Assembly: GCA_004556455.1 (NCBI GenBank)
Contig: SFGY01000005.1
Location: 72,712-136,711 of the forward strand
Length of the DNA: 64,000 nt
Reading direction: 5' to 3'
From: Clostridiales bacterium
GTDB taxonomy: Bacteria > Bacillota > Clostridia > Saccharofermentanales > DTU023
Shown: positions 1-10,378 of the stretch, one piece after another
Position numbering within the stretch: the first letter of the stretch is position 1
Layout: every line of letters begins with the position of its first letter
The notes under the pieces: generated by a model
What the model was told of the DNA's origin: nothing
The model's input: the letters and a program-made list of their open reading frames with translations, nothing else
Database searches by the model: none
Program-made: the position numbers and the translations under genes

Positions 1-59
1 GGACTGCCTGTAAAGACGGCTGAGGCTGTCTATCGTCACTTTCACCCGGAGGTCGGAAG

Positions 60-794
60 ATGAAGCTTTTCGTGATAGCGGATCTGCATCTGAGTGAGGG
101 GGACAAGGTGGATAAACCCATGTCGCGCTTTGGCCAGCGCTGGGAAAATCATGTGCAGCGCCTGAGAGAAGCCTGGGAAGCTCAAGTTAGCCGTGAAGAT
201 ACCGTGCTTATTCCCGGCGATATCTCCTGGGCCATGCATCTGCGTGACGCAGAAGCAGATCTGCGTCTCATTGACAGTCTGCCCGGAGAAAAAATTCTGA
301 TGCGTGGCAATCATGATTACTGGTGGGGGACGCTCAGCCGTCTCCGCCGCTTTGCCGAGGAGAAAGGACTATCCAGTCTGCGCTTTTTACAGAACACAGC
401 CGAAGCTGTCGGTGAAAACATGGTTGTCGCTGGCACGCGTTTGTGGCTCTGGCCTGACGATTCCCGCTTTGCAGAGGCCGATAATAAAATTTTAGACCAT
501 GAAAAAGAGCGGCTTGAACGCTCTCTGGAGGCGGCGTTACCCTGGCAAAAAGAGGGCCGGGAACTGCTGCTCATCACGCACTACCCGCCTTTTGGCAAAA
601 ACCTGGGAGCTTCCGACTTTACGGCCTTAATACGTGATTCCGGGGCAAAGCAGGCGTTTTTCGGGCACATTCATCAAAGTGACAGTCCGTATAATTTCCG
701 ACGAAAGGAAATCGACGGGGTCTCTTACAGTCTGGTTTCGGCGGACTGCCTGAATTTCCAACCTCTGGAAGTCCGGCCGCTCATGGAAAAATAA
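60..794 (+). CDS. metallophosphoesterase (calcineurin-like phosphoesterase family)
   Basis: 244-aa ORF with ADLHL near the N-terminus, GDISW and GNHDYW motifs characteristic of the family. Confidence 0.8.
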   Translation: MKLFVIADLHLSEGDKVDKPMSRFGQRWENHVQRLREAWEAQVSREDTVLIPGDISWAMHLRDAEADLRLIDSLPGEKILMRGNHDYWWGTLSRLRRFAEEKGLSSLRFLQNTAEAVGENMVVAGTRLWLWPDDSRFAEADNKILDHEKERLERSLEAALPWQKEGRELLLITHYPPFGKNLGASDFTALIRDSGAKQAFFGHIHQSDSPYNFRRKEIDGVSYSLVSADCLNFQPLEVRPLMEK

Positions 795-819
795 AATTAT
801 CAATAAGGAGATCAAGATT

Positions 820-1707
820 ATGCCAAAAAGTATGACGGCTTACGGAAGAGCCCACGCGAGTGTGGATGAGCTCAGCATGGACATGGAGCTACGTTCCGTA
901 AACTCCCGCTATTTTGAATTTAATCTGCGTGCGCCCGGGCTTTTGCAAGCTTATGAAAACAGCTGGAAAAACCTGATTAAGGAGCACATTTCCCGCGGTA
1001 AGCTGGAACTGCGCGTCAGCTACTTTAATTCCGCCGGAGGAGATGCGCAGTTGCTACTTAATGAAAGCAAAGCCCGGGCATATGGCGAGGCTTACGATCG
1101 TTTGGCGGAACTGCTGCACGAAGAGGCTGGAGGAAAACTGGCGTTTGTAGCTTCAAAGGGAGAGGTTTTCAGTATTTCGGAAGAATTTGCCGATGCAGAA
1201 AAAGTTCAGGAACTCGCGATCAGGACCCTCAGCCTCGCTCTTGAAGATTTTGATGCCATGCGCCGCAGAGAAGGCGAAAATCTTAGCCGGGATCTTCTCA
1301 GAGGCTTAGATCAGCTTGAAGAAAAAGTGAAAGCCCTCAGCGAAAAGGCGCCTATGGTGCCGGAAATTTATCGCCGCAAACTCCTGGCCAGGGTAGAGGA
1401 GCTGCTCGGCGAGCAACGTGAGGAATATTATAATGGACAGCGCGTGGCAGCCGAGATTGCGATTTTTGCGGATAAAGCGGATGTCCGTGAGGAATTGACC
1501 CGGCTGAAAAGCCATCTGGATCAGTTCCGCTTTATCCTCAGTCAGGATAAGCCGGCAGGGAAGAAACTCGACTTTCTCATTCAGGAAATGAATCGAGAGT
1601 GCAATACGACAGGCTCAAAATGCAATGACCTTGAAATGACGCGTCTCGTGGTGGAAGCCAAGACCCTGGTTGAACAATTGCGCGAGCAGATACAAAACCT
1701 CGAATGA
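820..1707 (+). CDS. yicC: YicC/YloC family stress-induced endoribonuclease
   Basis: 295-aa ORF, N-terminal MTAYGRA... and C-terminal KKLDFLIQEMNRECNT motif typical of YicC; conserved position upstream of remA-gmk-rpoZ. Confidence 0.85.
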   Translation: MPKSMTAYGRAHASVDELSMDMELRSVNSRYFEFNLRAPGLLQAYENSWKNLIKEHISRGKLELRVSYFNSAGGDAQLLLNESKARAYGEAYDRLAELLHEEAGGKLAFVASKGEVFSISEEFADAEKVQELAIRTLSLALEDFDAMRRREGENLSRDLLRGLDQLEEKVKALSEKAPMVPEIYRRKLLARVEELLGEQREEYYNGQRVAAEIAIFADKADVREELTRLKSHLDQFRFILSQDKPAGKKLDFLIQEMNRECNTTGSKCNDLEMTRLVVEAKTLVEQLREQIQNLE

Positions 1708-1957
1708 GGCAATTCTGTGCAATTGTAAGCCCTTCATCCCTTTCTCACAGTGGAACATTTCATCTTGTCGAATTTTCGACAAAATGCTGGTCAGAAACCC
1801 GGCATTTTGTTATTCTTAGGAAGCGGGAAAGGGCGACATTTATAAAAAACGTGAGCTTTCCTGAGATTTTGCGAGAATTTCTATTTTTAGAAAAAGCTGG
1901 AGCTTCTGCTTTTCATTTTTGAAGAGTAAAGAGCTCCGGGAATGACAGGCGGTTTTA

Positions 1958-2236
1958 TTGAAATTAAGTGAGACGAGCTTTTTCTCTACAGGCTTTGGCA
2001 GTTTTGCTTCTGCTGTTCGCCTGGTCGCTGTGGTCGCACCCGATGCGGCTCCTGTTCGCCGTCTCATTCAGGAGGCGCGGGATCGCGGCGCCCTCATTGA
2101 TGCCACTGCCGGGCGCAAAACACGTTCGGTTTTGCTGATGGATTCTGATCACGTGCTGCTTTCCGCCCTCAGTCCGGAGCTTCTTATGAAAAACATGAGC
2201 GATCTTCCTGAGGCTGCAGCGGAGGTAAAAGCATGA
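1958..2236 (+). CDS. remA: RemA/DUF370 family regulator
   Basis: 92-aa ORF (TTG start) with ...APVRRLIQEARDRGALIDATAGRKTRSVLLMDSDHVLLSAL..., closely resembling B. subtilis RemA; conserved synteny yicC-remA-gmk. Confidence 0.75.
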   Translation: MKLSETSFFSTGFGSFASAVRLVAVVAPDAAPVRRLIQEARDRGALIDATAGRKTRSVLLMDSDHVLLSALSPELLMKNMSDLPEAAAEVKA

Positions 2237-2886
2237 GTTCGAATCCGCGCCAGAAAGAAGGAGTTCTGCTCTGTATCTCCGGCCCATCAGGAGTGGGCAA
2301 GGGCAGTTCGATCACACGCCTGAAGGAGCTTGACCCCGATCTGTGGGTATCCGTTTCGATGACGACACGTGCCCCTCGCGCGGGAGAGCAGGAGGGACTT
2401 TCCTATTTTTTTTGCAGCCAGGATGAATTTCGGAAAAAAATAGATGAGGGCGAAATTCTCGAACACGATGAATTTTGTGGACAGTTTTATGGAACCCCCA
2501 AGGGCCCCATCCTGGAAAAGATCAGAGAGGGAAGAGACGTCGCTCTCGATATTACGGTAGCGGGCAGTCTGGCAATTATGAGACAGATCCCGGCAGCCGT
2601 TTCCGTGTTTCTCCTGCCACCGGATATGACGACTCTGCGTGACCGCCTTCAGGGCCGGGCCACGGAAAATCAGGAGCAGCTGCTGAAGCGACTGGAAAAG
2701 GCCAGAGCAGAAATCCGACTGGCTCCGCGCTTCCACTATGTCCTGGTGAACAAAGACTTAAGCAAAACGGCTGCAACTCTGGCCGCGATCATGGCGGCGG
2801 AACGCTGCCGCAGTGACAGAGAAAAGCTGAGAATAGATCAATTACTGGAAGAGGGAGACCGCTTCCTGGATGATTTGAGGAGGTAA
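2233..2886 (+). CDS. gmk: guanylate kinase
   Basis: P-loop GPSGVGKG, TTR...E motif, 217 aa; ATGA overlap with remA. Confidence 0.9.
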   Translation: MSSNPRQKEGVLLCISGPSGVGKGSSITRLKELDPDLWVSVSMTTRAPRAGEQEGLSYFFCSQDEFRKKIDEGEILEHDEFCGQFYGTPKGPILEKIREGRDVALDITVAGSLAIMRQIPAAVSVFLLPPDMTTLRDRLQGRATENQEQLLKRLEKARAEIRLAPRFHYVLVNKDLSKTAATLAAIMAAERCRSDREKLRIDQLLEEGDRFLDDLRR

Positions 2887-2892
2887 GATACC

Positions 2893-3438
2893 ATGTTGGT
2901 TGATCCACCGATTGAAGAATTATTGCCCTACGTGGATAATCGCTATGTTCTGGCCATGATTACGGCAAAACGTGCTCGCCAGCTCATTGATGGGGCACAG
3001 CCCATGACCGAAGAAAGCGAGGACCTGACGAATGTTGTCACGCAGTCGGCTAAAGAACTGACGAAGCACACGCTGAAAATTCTCATCGGCAAACATGAGG
3101 TTACCGTCCCGCTGCGTCCGGAAGTGGAAGCCGCCAGGCTTGAGGCGGAGATCCTGGCCAAACAGAAGCGCGAGGAAGCTCTTCTGGAAGAAAATAAGCG
3201 TCAGGATAACAGCAACAATTCTGTCCGCGAACAGTTGGAGCGCGAAGCGGCTATGGCTGATGCGAGCAGTCAGGATTCCGCCCGCGAATTTACAGAGCAG
3301 CTGATTCGTCTGATTGGTCGCCACAGTGAGGAATCTGAGGCCCTGGCTGAGGCAGAAGCGACTGGAAACGCAGCGCCTGAGGAAGAGCCGGAGCTTGAAG
3401 CTCTCGATTCTGCAGCTGATGAGAAAATGGAGATCTGA
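2893..3438 (+). CDS. rpoZ: DNA-directed RNA polymerase subunit omega with long acidic C-terminal extension
   Basis: N-terminal [16 protein letters not shown] omega signature; position after gmk; 181 aa, about twice the usual length. Confidence 0.8.
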   Translation: MLVDPPIEELLPYVDNRYVLAMITAKRARQLIDGAQPMTEESEDLTNVVTQSAKELTKHTLKILIGKHEVTVPLRPEVEAARLEAEILAKQKREEALLEENKRQDNSNNSVREQLEREAAMADASSQDSAREFTEQLIRLIGRHSEESEALAEAEATGNAAPEEEPELEALDSAADEKMEI

Positions 3439-3439
3439 G

Positions 3440-4828
3440 ATGAATCCTGCTGATTTCACAATGGATACGCTGGTGGCTCTGGCGACAAATCGCGGCTTTG
3501 TCTACCCTGGTTCCGAAATCTATGGGGGCCTGGCCAATTCCTGGGACTACGGTCCTTATGGAGCTGAGCTTAAGCGCCGTATTAAGGATGCCTGGTGGCG
3601 TTTCTTTGTCACGGAAAACGAACACACGGTGGGACTGGACAGCGGGATTCTTATGAATCCTGAAGTCTGGCGAGCCTCTGGCCATGTGGGCGGCTTTTCC
3701 GACCCCCTGATTGACTGCCGTGATTGCCACAGCCGTTTTCGTGCCGACAATCTTATTGAAAATTTTTACCGTGCTAAGGAAGAGACGATTCAGGTAGAGG
3801 GTCTTTCTAACGATGAACTCCTGACCATCATACGTCGGGACGGCATTCCCTGCCCGAACTGCGGATCTCATGATTTTACGGACATCCGGCAGTTCAATCT
3901 GATGTTTAAAACCTTCCAGGGCGTGACCGAAGGTTCGCAGGCGGAAATCTATCTGCGGCCTGAGACGGCACAGGGCATTTTCGTCAACTTCCGCAATGTG
4001 CAGCGGACATCCCGCCGCAAACTGCCTTTCGGTATTTGTCAGATTGGCAAATCTTTCCGTAATGAAATCACCCCGGGGAATTTTATTTTCCGTACCAGAG
4101 AATTTGAGCAGATGGAACTGGAATTTTTCTGCAAACCAGGGACGGATCTCGAGTGGTTCCAATACTGGCGCAGCTTTATCCATGACTTTCTCCTGCGCCT
4201 GGGCCTTCCGGAAGAAAAGCTGCGTCTGAGAGACCATGATAAAAAGGAGCTCTCCTTTTATTCGAAAGCCACGACCGACTTTGAGTTCGCCTTCCCCTTT
4301 GGCTGGGGCGAGCTCTGGGGCCTGGCCGATCGTACAGATTATGATCTGCACCAGCACATGGACATCAGCAAACAGGATCTGCGCTACTTTGATCCGGAAA
4401 GCAATGAAAAGTATCTGCCCTACGTGGTGGAGCCTTCTGTCGGGGTCGAACGCCTCTTCCTTGCACTGCTCTGTGCGGCATACGATGAACAGCAGCTGGA
4501 AAAAGAAACCCGCACGGTTCTGCATTTTCATCCTGCTATGGCTCCGGTGCAAATCGCTCTCCTGCCTCTCTCTGCTAAACTGAGTGAAAAGGCTCTCGAG
4601 CTCATGCCCCGCCTGCGCAAGTCAGGCACGGTTGAGTTTGATGACCGTCAGTCCATCGGCAAGCGCTATCGCCGCCAGGACGAGATCGGTACGCCTTACT
4701 GCGTCACTTACGATTTTGACAGCGTTGAAGATCAGCAGGTGACCATTCGCGAACGTGACAGTATGGAACAAATCCGCCTTCCCATCAGTGAGCTTGAGGC
4801 TTACTTTGACGGGAAATTTGAGCTTTGA
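3440..4828 (+). CDS. glyQS: glycine--tRNA ligase (class II, alpha2 type)
   Basis: [24 protein letters not shown] start region and class II motifs. The ATG at 3440 lies 1 nt after the rpoZ stop, so the track ORF start at 3314 is taken as upstream read-through. Confidence 0.9.
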   Translation: MNPADFTMDTLVALATNRGFVYPGSEIYGGLANSWDYGPYGAELKRRIKDAWWRFFVTENEHTVGLDSGILMNPEVWRASGHVGGFSDPLIDCRDCHSRFRADNLIENFYRAKEETIQVEGLSNDELLTIIRRDGIPCPNCGSHDFTDIRQFNLMFKTFQGVTEGSQAEIYLRPETAQGIFVNFRNVQRTSRRKLPFGICQIGKSFRNEITPGNFIFRTREFEQMELEFFCKPGTDLEWFQYWRSFIHDFLLRLGLPEEKLRLRDHDKKELSFYSKATTDFEFAFPFGWGELWGLADRTDYDLHQHMDISKQDLRYFDPESNEKYLPYVVEPSVGVERLFLALLCAAYDEQQLEKETRTVLHFHPAMAPVQIALLPLSAKLSEKALELMPRLRKSGTVEFDDRQSIGKRYRRQDEIGTPYCVTYDFDSVEDQQVTIRERDSMEQIRLPISELEAYFDGKFEL

Positions 4829-5038
4829 TGCGTGGGGTTCTCAACGCGACCTCTTTGAGCAGACAAAGCAAGTGACTTCCGTCCGGTTGCTGCAAAGGCA
4901 ACGCGACAGGCAGGCAGGGGTCTTCGGCTGACACGGATATGAGCCGAAACAAGGGTTTCCCGAAGGCTGCAACAGGTCAACACTGTGATGCTTCTGGAAT
5001 ATAAGCAGAAATAGGATAAATTGAAATGGAGGAATTTT

Positions 5039-7702
5039 ATGACGAAGTTTGTATACATGTTTAAGGAAGGCAATGCTACGATGCGCAACCTCCTTGGAGG
5101 TAAAGGCGCCAATCTCTGTGAGATGATGAATATCGGCCTGCCGGTGCCGCATGGCTTTACCATTTCCACGGAAGCCTGCACGGCGTACTACAAGGATGGC
5201 CGCGAGATCAGCCCGGAGATCAATGAGCAGATCTTTGCAGCCCTGAAAAAAATGGAACAGGAGACGGGCAAGGTCTTCGGTGACAAGCACAATCCGCTGC
5301 TGGTCTCCGTACGTTCCGGAGCACGTGCTTCCATGCCGGGTATGATGGACACGATTCTCAACCTCGGTCTGAATGACGAAGTGGTCGAAGGTCTTATCGA
5401 GCTTTCCGGCAACCCGCGTTTTGCGTATGACAGTTATCGCCGCTTTATCACGATGTTCGCTGACGTCGTCATGGGCATCGACAAGAATAATTTTGAGACC
5501 ATTCTCGACGATCTGAAAAAGCAGAAGGGTGTTGAACTGGACACCGATCTCGATGCCGATGACATGAAGGAAATGGCCAAACGCAGCCTGGCCCGCTACG
5601 CTGAACTGAAAGGCGAAGCTTTCCCGCAGGAGCCTAAAGAACAGCTGATTGAAGCGGTTAAAGCCGTTTTCCGCAGCTGGATGAATGACCGTGCCATTTA
5701 CTATCGCCATATGAACAACATTCCCTCAGATTGGGGCACGGCCGTCAACGTTCAGGAAATGGTTTACGGCAACATGGGCGAAGATTCCGGCACCGGCGTG
5801 GCGTTCTCCCGTAACCCGGCCACCGGCGAACCCGGCATTTACGGTGAGTATCTCATGAATGCTCAGGGCGAAGACGTCGTTGCAGGTATCCGTACTCCCT
5901 TCCACATCGATCATATGAAAGAGCAGATGCCCGAGGTCTACAAGCAGTTTGTGGATGTCATCAACACGCTTGAAAAACACTATGGCGATATGCAGGACAT
6001 TGAGTTCACCATCGAAAAAGGCAAACTCTTCATGCTGCAGTGCCGCAATGGTAAGCGCACGGCTCAGGCTGCGCTGCGCGTTGCCGTGGATATGGTCAAT
6101 GAAGGTCTGGTTGACAAGAAAAAGGCCCTTCTGCAGATTGATCCCAACAGCCTGGATGCCTTGCTCCATCCGATGTTTGACCAAAAGGCTCTGAAAGCCG
6201 CGAAGAAGATTGCCAAAGGCCTGCCGGCTTCTCCGGGTGCTGCAGCCGGCCAGATCGTCTTCACCGCAGAGGACGCCAAAGCGGCCAAAGAGGCTGGTAA
6301 GAAGGTCATTCTGGTCCGCCTCGAAACCTCTCCCGAAGATATTGTGGGCATGAACGTTTCCGAGGGTATCCTCACCGTACGCGGCGGTATGACTTCACAT
6401 GCGGCCGTGGTCGCCCGCGGTATGGGCAAATGCTGTGTCTCCGGCTGTGCTGAAGCTTCTGTCAACGAGAAAGCCAAGACCTGCACCATTGGCGGCAAGG
6501 TCTACCATGAATTTGACGAAATGTCTCTCGACGGGTCTACCGGCCAGGTTTATGAAGGTCTGGTCCCGACCGTCCCCGCAGAGATTTCCGGCAATTTCGA
6601 AACGATCATGAACTGGTCTGATGAGATTCGCCAGATGAGCGTCCGCACCAACGCCGACACCCCCAAGGATGCCAAAAAGGCCCGTGAACTCGGCGCCGGC
6701 GGTATTGGTCTTACCCGTACCGAACACATGTTCTTTGAAGCGGACCGCATCTTCCAATTCCGCCGCATGATCCTGGCGAAGACAGAAGAAGAACGCCGCG
6801 ATGCGCTGGCTAAGATCGAACCGATCCAGCAGGGCGACTTCGAAGGAATTTTCCAGGCCATGGACGGCTTCCCGGTGACCATTCGTCTCCTGGATCCGCC
6901 TCTCCATGAATTCCTGCCTCATACCGAGCCTGAAATGAAAGAACTTGCGGATTCCATGGGCATTAAACTTGCGGATGTACAGCAGGTGGTTAAGGATCTG
7001 CACGAGCTCAACCCGATGCTCGGCCTGCGTGGCTGCCGTCTTTCCATCGTCTATCCGGAAATCGCCGAAATGCAGACTGCGGCCATCATCAAAGCCGCCC
7101 TTAAGGTCCAGAAAGATGGCGTCAAGGTCTTCCCTGAGATTATGGTACCGCTGATCAGCTGCGCCAAAGAGCTGGCTTTTGTTCGCAATGTCATCTGTAA
7201 GGTGGCGGACGAGCTTATCGCCAAATCGGGTCAGAGCCTGAAATACCATGTTGGTACGATGATCGAAATCCCGCGTGCAGCTCTGACCGCCAAAGAGGTG
7301 GTTCAGCAGGCTGACTTCTTCAGCTTCGGCACCAATGACCTCACCCAGATGGGTTACGGCCTCTCCCGTGACGACGCCGGTAAGATTCTTGAGACCTACT
7401 ACGAAAAGGGCATCTTCGAAAATGACCCGACCGCTATCCTCGACCAGGTGGGTGTTGGCCGCCTCATGGAAATCTGTGCCAAAGAATCCCGTGAAGTGAA
7501 ACCCGAAGTCCATCTCGGCATCTGCGGTGAGCATGGTGGTCAGCCCGATTCCATCGCATTCTGCCACAGCCTCAACTTCGACTATGTCTCCTGCTCGCCT
7601 TTCCGTGTGCCGATCGCCAGACTGGCAGCGGCTCAGTCCGAGATCCGGAATCCCCGCGAATATCGCAGCACCGATCTGAAGCAGTATTTCGACAAGAAAT
7701 AA
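5039..7702 (+). CDS. ppdK: pyruvate, phosphate dikinase
   Basis: MTKFVYMFKEG...LLGGKGANLCEM start, catalytic GGMTSHAAVVARG motif and PEP-utilising C-terminal domain; GGAGG lies 6 nt before the ATG at 5039. Confidence 0.92.
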   Translation: MTKFVYMFKEGNATMRNLLGGKGANLCEMMNIGLPVPHGFTISTEACTAYYKDGREISPEINEQIFAALKKMEQETGKVFGDKHNPLLVSVRSGARASMPGMMDTILNLGLNDEVVEGLIELSGNPRFAYDSYRRFITMFADVVMGIDKNNFETILDDLKKQKGVELDTDLDADDMKEMAKRSLARYAELKGEAFPQEPKEQLIEAVKAVFRSWMNDRAIYYRHMNNIPSDWGTAVNVQEMVYGNMGEDSGTGVAFSRNPATGEPGIYGEYLMNAQGEDVVAGIRTPFHIDHMKEQMPEVYKQFVDVINTLEKHYGDMQDIEFTIEKGKLFMLQCRNGKRTAQAALRVAVDMVNEGLVDKKKALLQIDPNSLDALLHPMFDQKALKAAKKIAKGLPASPGAAAGQIVFTAEDAKAAKEAGKKVILVRLETSPEDIVGMNVSEGILTVRGGMTSHAAVVARGMGKCCVSGCAEASVNEKAKTCTIGGKVYHEFDEMSLDGSTGQVYEGLVPTVPAEISGNFETIMNWSDEIRQMSVRTNADTPKDAKKARELGAGGIGLTRTEHMFFEADRIFQFRRMILAKTEEERRDALAKIEPIQQGDFEGIFQAMDGFPVTIRLLDPPLHEFLPHTEPEMKELADSMGIKLADVQQVVKDLHELNPMLGLRGCRLSIVYPEIAEMQTAAIIKAALKVQKDGVKVFPEIMVPLISCAKELAFVRNVICKVADELIAKSGQSLKYHVGTMIEIPRAALTAKEVVQQADFFSFGTNDLTQMGYGLSRDDAGKILETYYEKGIFENDPTAILDQVGVGRLMEICAKESREVKPEVHLGICGEHGGQPDSIAFCHSLNFDYVSCSPFRVPIARLAAAQSEIRNPREYRSTDLKQYFDKK

Positions 7703-7831
7703 GCAGAACTTTTAAGACACCGGGGAAAGCCCATCAGCTGTGATTTGTGGCTCCGGGTGCATCGGCTATGAACAGCAGCTCCGTGCCATCGGCTATGAAC
7801 TGCGTCTCATAAAAAGTTTAAGCACATAAAA

Positions 7832-7868
7832 CGGAGCGGTCTCTTTTAGAGATCGCTCCGTTTTTTCA
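7832..7868 (+). terminator. Rho-independent terminator after ppdK
   Basis: 13-bp stem acggagcggtctc/gagatcgctccgt (1 mismatch), 5-nt loop, T6 tail. Confidence 0.8.
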
Positions 7869-7996
7869 TTTCAGCTGTCTGGGAAAGCAGGGAGAAGGCT
7901 TGGAAAAGCATGACGAAGAAAGGTGATCAGCCCACGATAGAAAAATTAACATGCCACACTGACCAGCAGACGCTGGCTAAAGTCTGAGCTGCTGGC

Positions 7997-8938
7997 TTAG
8001 ACGCTCGTCTGAGGGGTCTCCTGCAGGTTCAGATCTTCCTGGGAGTGGGTCAGAACAAAGTTCCAGAAAGCCTCTGCGAGAGCTGTTGGAGCCTCTTTAC
8101 GATCGCGCAGCATAAAAAACTTTCGGGAAAGCGGCCGATCTTCAAGCTCAAATTGCAGGATAGTGCCGCGCCGCACATCTTCTTCCACGAGCAGATTGGA
8201 AATAATGGAAACGCCCATCCCCCTCCGCACGGAGGCGATAATGGCGCGGGAAAGCTCCATACGGGCTCGCACGCGCATGGAAAGGACATCGACATTGAGT
8301 TCTTCAAGGTATTCTTCAATACGTTTCAGAGTACCGGACCCTTCTTCGCGGAGGATAAGCGGTTCGGACAGGAGTTGACTCCCTGGCACGCCATCCTGTT
8401 TAAGCCTGCGAAAGCGCTCGCTGTTTTCGGTGATCAGAACCAGACGATCTTCGGCAACGGCCACAGATTCGAGACTGGAGCGGTGGATCGTTTGTCCCAC
8501 AAAAGCCAGTTGAATTTCATTATCCAGAAGTTTTTGCAGGGTACGCGTAGAATCTCCGGCAAGAAGACGGCAGCAGCAATCAGGATTCTCTTTGCTGAAA
8601 GCAGTCAGCCAGGCGGGAATAAGGGCGTGTGATGGCACGGTCGAAGCACCGATTAAAAGCTCGCGGTCTTCATTAAATTCCATCTCAGATTCCAATTTTT
8701 TACAGCGTGCAAGAATATCCTTGGCATAACGGTAAACACCACGGCCGGAACTGGTCAGGCGGACATTTTTCTTAGCCTCTCGTCGAAAGAGACGAACACC
8801 AAGTGCATTTTCAAGTTCTCTGATATGCCCGGAAATGGTCGATTGCGCAAGATAGAGGCGCTTACCCGCTTCTGTAAAACTACCCGTCTCAACTACGGCA
8901 ACCAGAACTTCAAGCTGCCTCAAACTCATTTCTGCCAT
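7997..8938 (-). CDS. LysR family transcriptional regulator
   Basis: N-terminal HTH (LRQLEVLVAVVETGSFTEAGKRLYLAQSTISGHIRELE) plus LysR substrate-binding domain, 313 aa. Confidence 0.9.
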   Translation of the reverse strand: MAEMSLRQLEVLVAVVETGSFTEAGKRLYLAQSTISGHIRELENALGVRLFRREAKKNVRLTSSGRGVYRYAKDILARCKKLESEMEFNEDRELLIGASTVPSHALIPAWLTAFSKENPDCCCRLLAGDSTRTLQKLLDNEIQLAFVGQTIHRSSLESVAVAEDRLVLITENSERFRRLKQDGVPGSQLLSEPLILREEGSGTLKRIEEYLEELNVDVLSMRVRARMELSRAIIASVRRGMGVSIISNLLVEEDVRRGTILQFELEDRPLSRKFFMLRDRKEAPTALAEAFWNFVLTHSQEDLNLQETPQTSV

Positions 8939-9173
8939 ACGTGCTGCCTCAACCTATGCTCCTGGTGTAAACTATCGAAATTACCTATAATAAATAAGCA
9001 GCACTACAATCTCTTGATGATTTAAATCAGCTGATTCAGCGACAAGATGAAGTCTATTCAGACCACATTTATTCTGCATTATTTATCACTCGAAACGATT
9101 TTAACTCTTTCCCAATAATTTTCAAGCGGGTTTAAGACGACCAGGATCTGAATCAAGCTTAAAAAGTCCTTCA

Positions 9174-9211
9174 TTATCGGCGCTGGAATGCTATGAATGG
9201 TTTAGCCAGAA
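9174..9211 (-). other. displaced original 3' end of the VanZ-like gene (attL side)
   Basis: The minus strand reads ...LAKPFI-AFQRR-TAA. The first 6 codons are identical in DNA to the current 3' end of the VanZ-like ORF at 16652-16670. Confidence 0.7.
9193..9211. repeat. attL core (19-bp direct repeat ATGAATGGTTTAGCCAGAA)
   Basis: Exact 19/19 copy of 16652-16670. Confidence 0.8.
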
Positions 9212-9310
9212 CAATATGACCATTTTTAGACATTTAACAGCTTGATTTTATCGGCCTTGTGAGTACCGGCACAGGCTGATTTTGACCTGTTTTTCATAGC
9301 TTTGCGATTT

Positions 9311-9330
9311 TTTGTTACCTTTTTGTTACC
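9311..9330. repeat. tandem arm-type repeat TTTGTTACC x2 (11-bp spacing), left end of island
   Basis: tttgttacctttttgttac, with 19/19 identity to 16589-16607; overlaps the integrase stop codon. Confidence 0.7.
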
Positions 9331-10378
9331 CCAGCCCGTTCAATTTGTTCATGACCTCTTGCTCTTCAGTTGGGTAAAAATGTGAGTATGTATCAAGCGT
9401 CATTGACACCTTCGCGTGACCTAACCGCTTGCTAATCAATACAATGTTAACGCCCTCTTGAATCAACAGGGAAGCATGCGAATGTCTGAGGCCGTGAACA
9501 TGAATGCGCTTTACCCCGGAGGCCCGACAGCCTTCAGCTATTCCCTTTTCAATGAAGCGTTTTTCCCATAAGAACACGGGCGCTTGCGGGGAGGTGTCGA
9601 AACAGTGGGCTTTATATTCCTGTAGAAGCTCGATCATGTGCCGGGGAAGCATAATGCGGCGCCTTTCGCCTGTTTTGGTAGGTGTGACAACGGCCCGACC
9701 CTTTAGGCGCTGGTATGACCGGTCAATCGTCACAGTGCCTTCTTTGAAGTCGAGCTTTTCCCACGTGAGCGCCAATAGCTCGCCTTTGCGCATACCTGAC
9801 CAGTACAGCAGCGCTATAGCCGTTTTTGCCTTGATGTCTGAAACCTCAGCAATAACCTTTGTGTACTCTTTCAGCGTCCAAAAACGCATATGTTTTTTCT
9901 CTTCATTTGCTGAGCGTGGAGGCCCGGCGAGTGAGCACGGATTGGCTTTCAGACCGTAGAGTTTAACCGCGTGATTGAAAATAGATGATAGCGTTTCCTG
10001 GAGCGCTTTCATGTATGTATTGCTGAGCCCTTGCTGAATTAAACCATTCTGCCAAGCTACAACCCTTTTAGCGTCGATATCTTTCAAGTTCATGTCGCCA
10101 AAGAAAGGGATTAAATGTTTTTTAATTCTGAAGTCTTTGGTCTGAATGGTATGTTACCGAAGTTGCGGGTCTACGTCTTTTTTGTAGAGCTTAACAAAAT
10201 CGCTAAATGTCATATCCGGCTGAAAAGCCGCGTTCGCTAGCTGGTCATGCTCGTAGGCCTCAGCCTCCCGCTTCAGGAGAAAGCCTGACTTCTTAATCTG
10301 CTTTGACTTTCCTGAAGCGTCCTTCATGCGGTAAATGCAGAACCATTTTCCCGTTTTTTCATTCTTGTAGACGGTCAT
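9326..10378 (-). pseudogene. int: tyrosine recombinase/integrase interrupted by a single in-frame TAA (10154-10156)
   Basis: Track ORFs 10154..10417 (arm-binding N-terminus MTVYKNEKTGKWFCIYR...) and 9326..10093 (catalytic domain with HGLRHSHASLL and LGHAKVSMTLDTYSH) are in the same frame. Reading through the stop gives ...DPQLR*HTIQTKDFRIKKHLIPFFGDMNLKDI..., a normal integrase core-binding region. Confidence 0.8.

Noticed and set aside
1704-1922. 72-aa ORF between yicC and remA
   Set aside because: It overlaps the yicC stop, has no RBS or recognisable motif, and the region is the normal intergenic spacer of this conserved gene block.
7760-7800. Direct repeat CATCGGCTATGAAC twice (27-bp period) between ppdK and its terminator
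   Set aside because: There are only two short copies in a 3' UTR, and I can support no associated feature.
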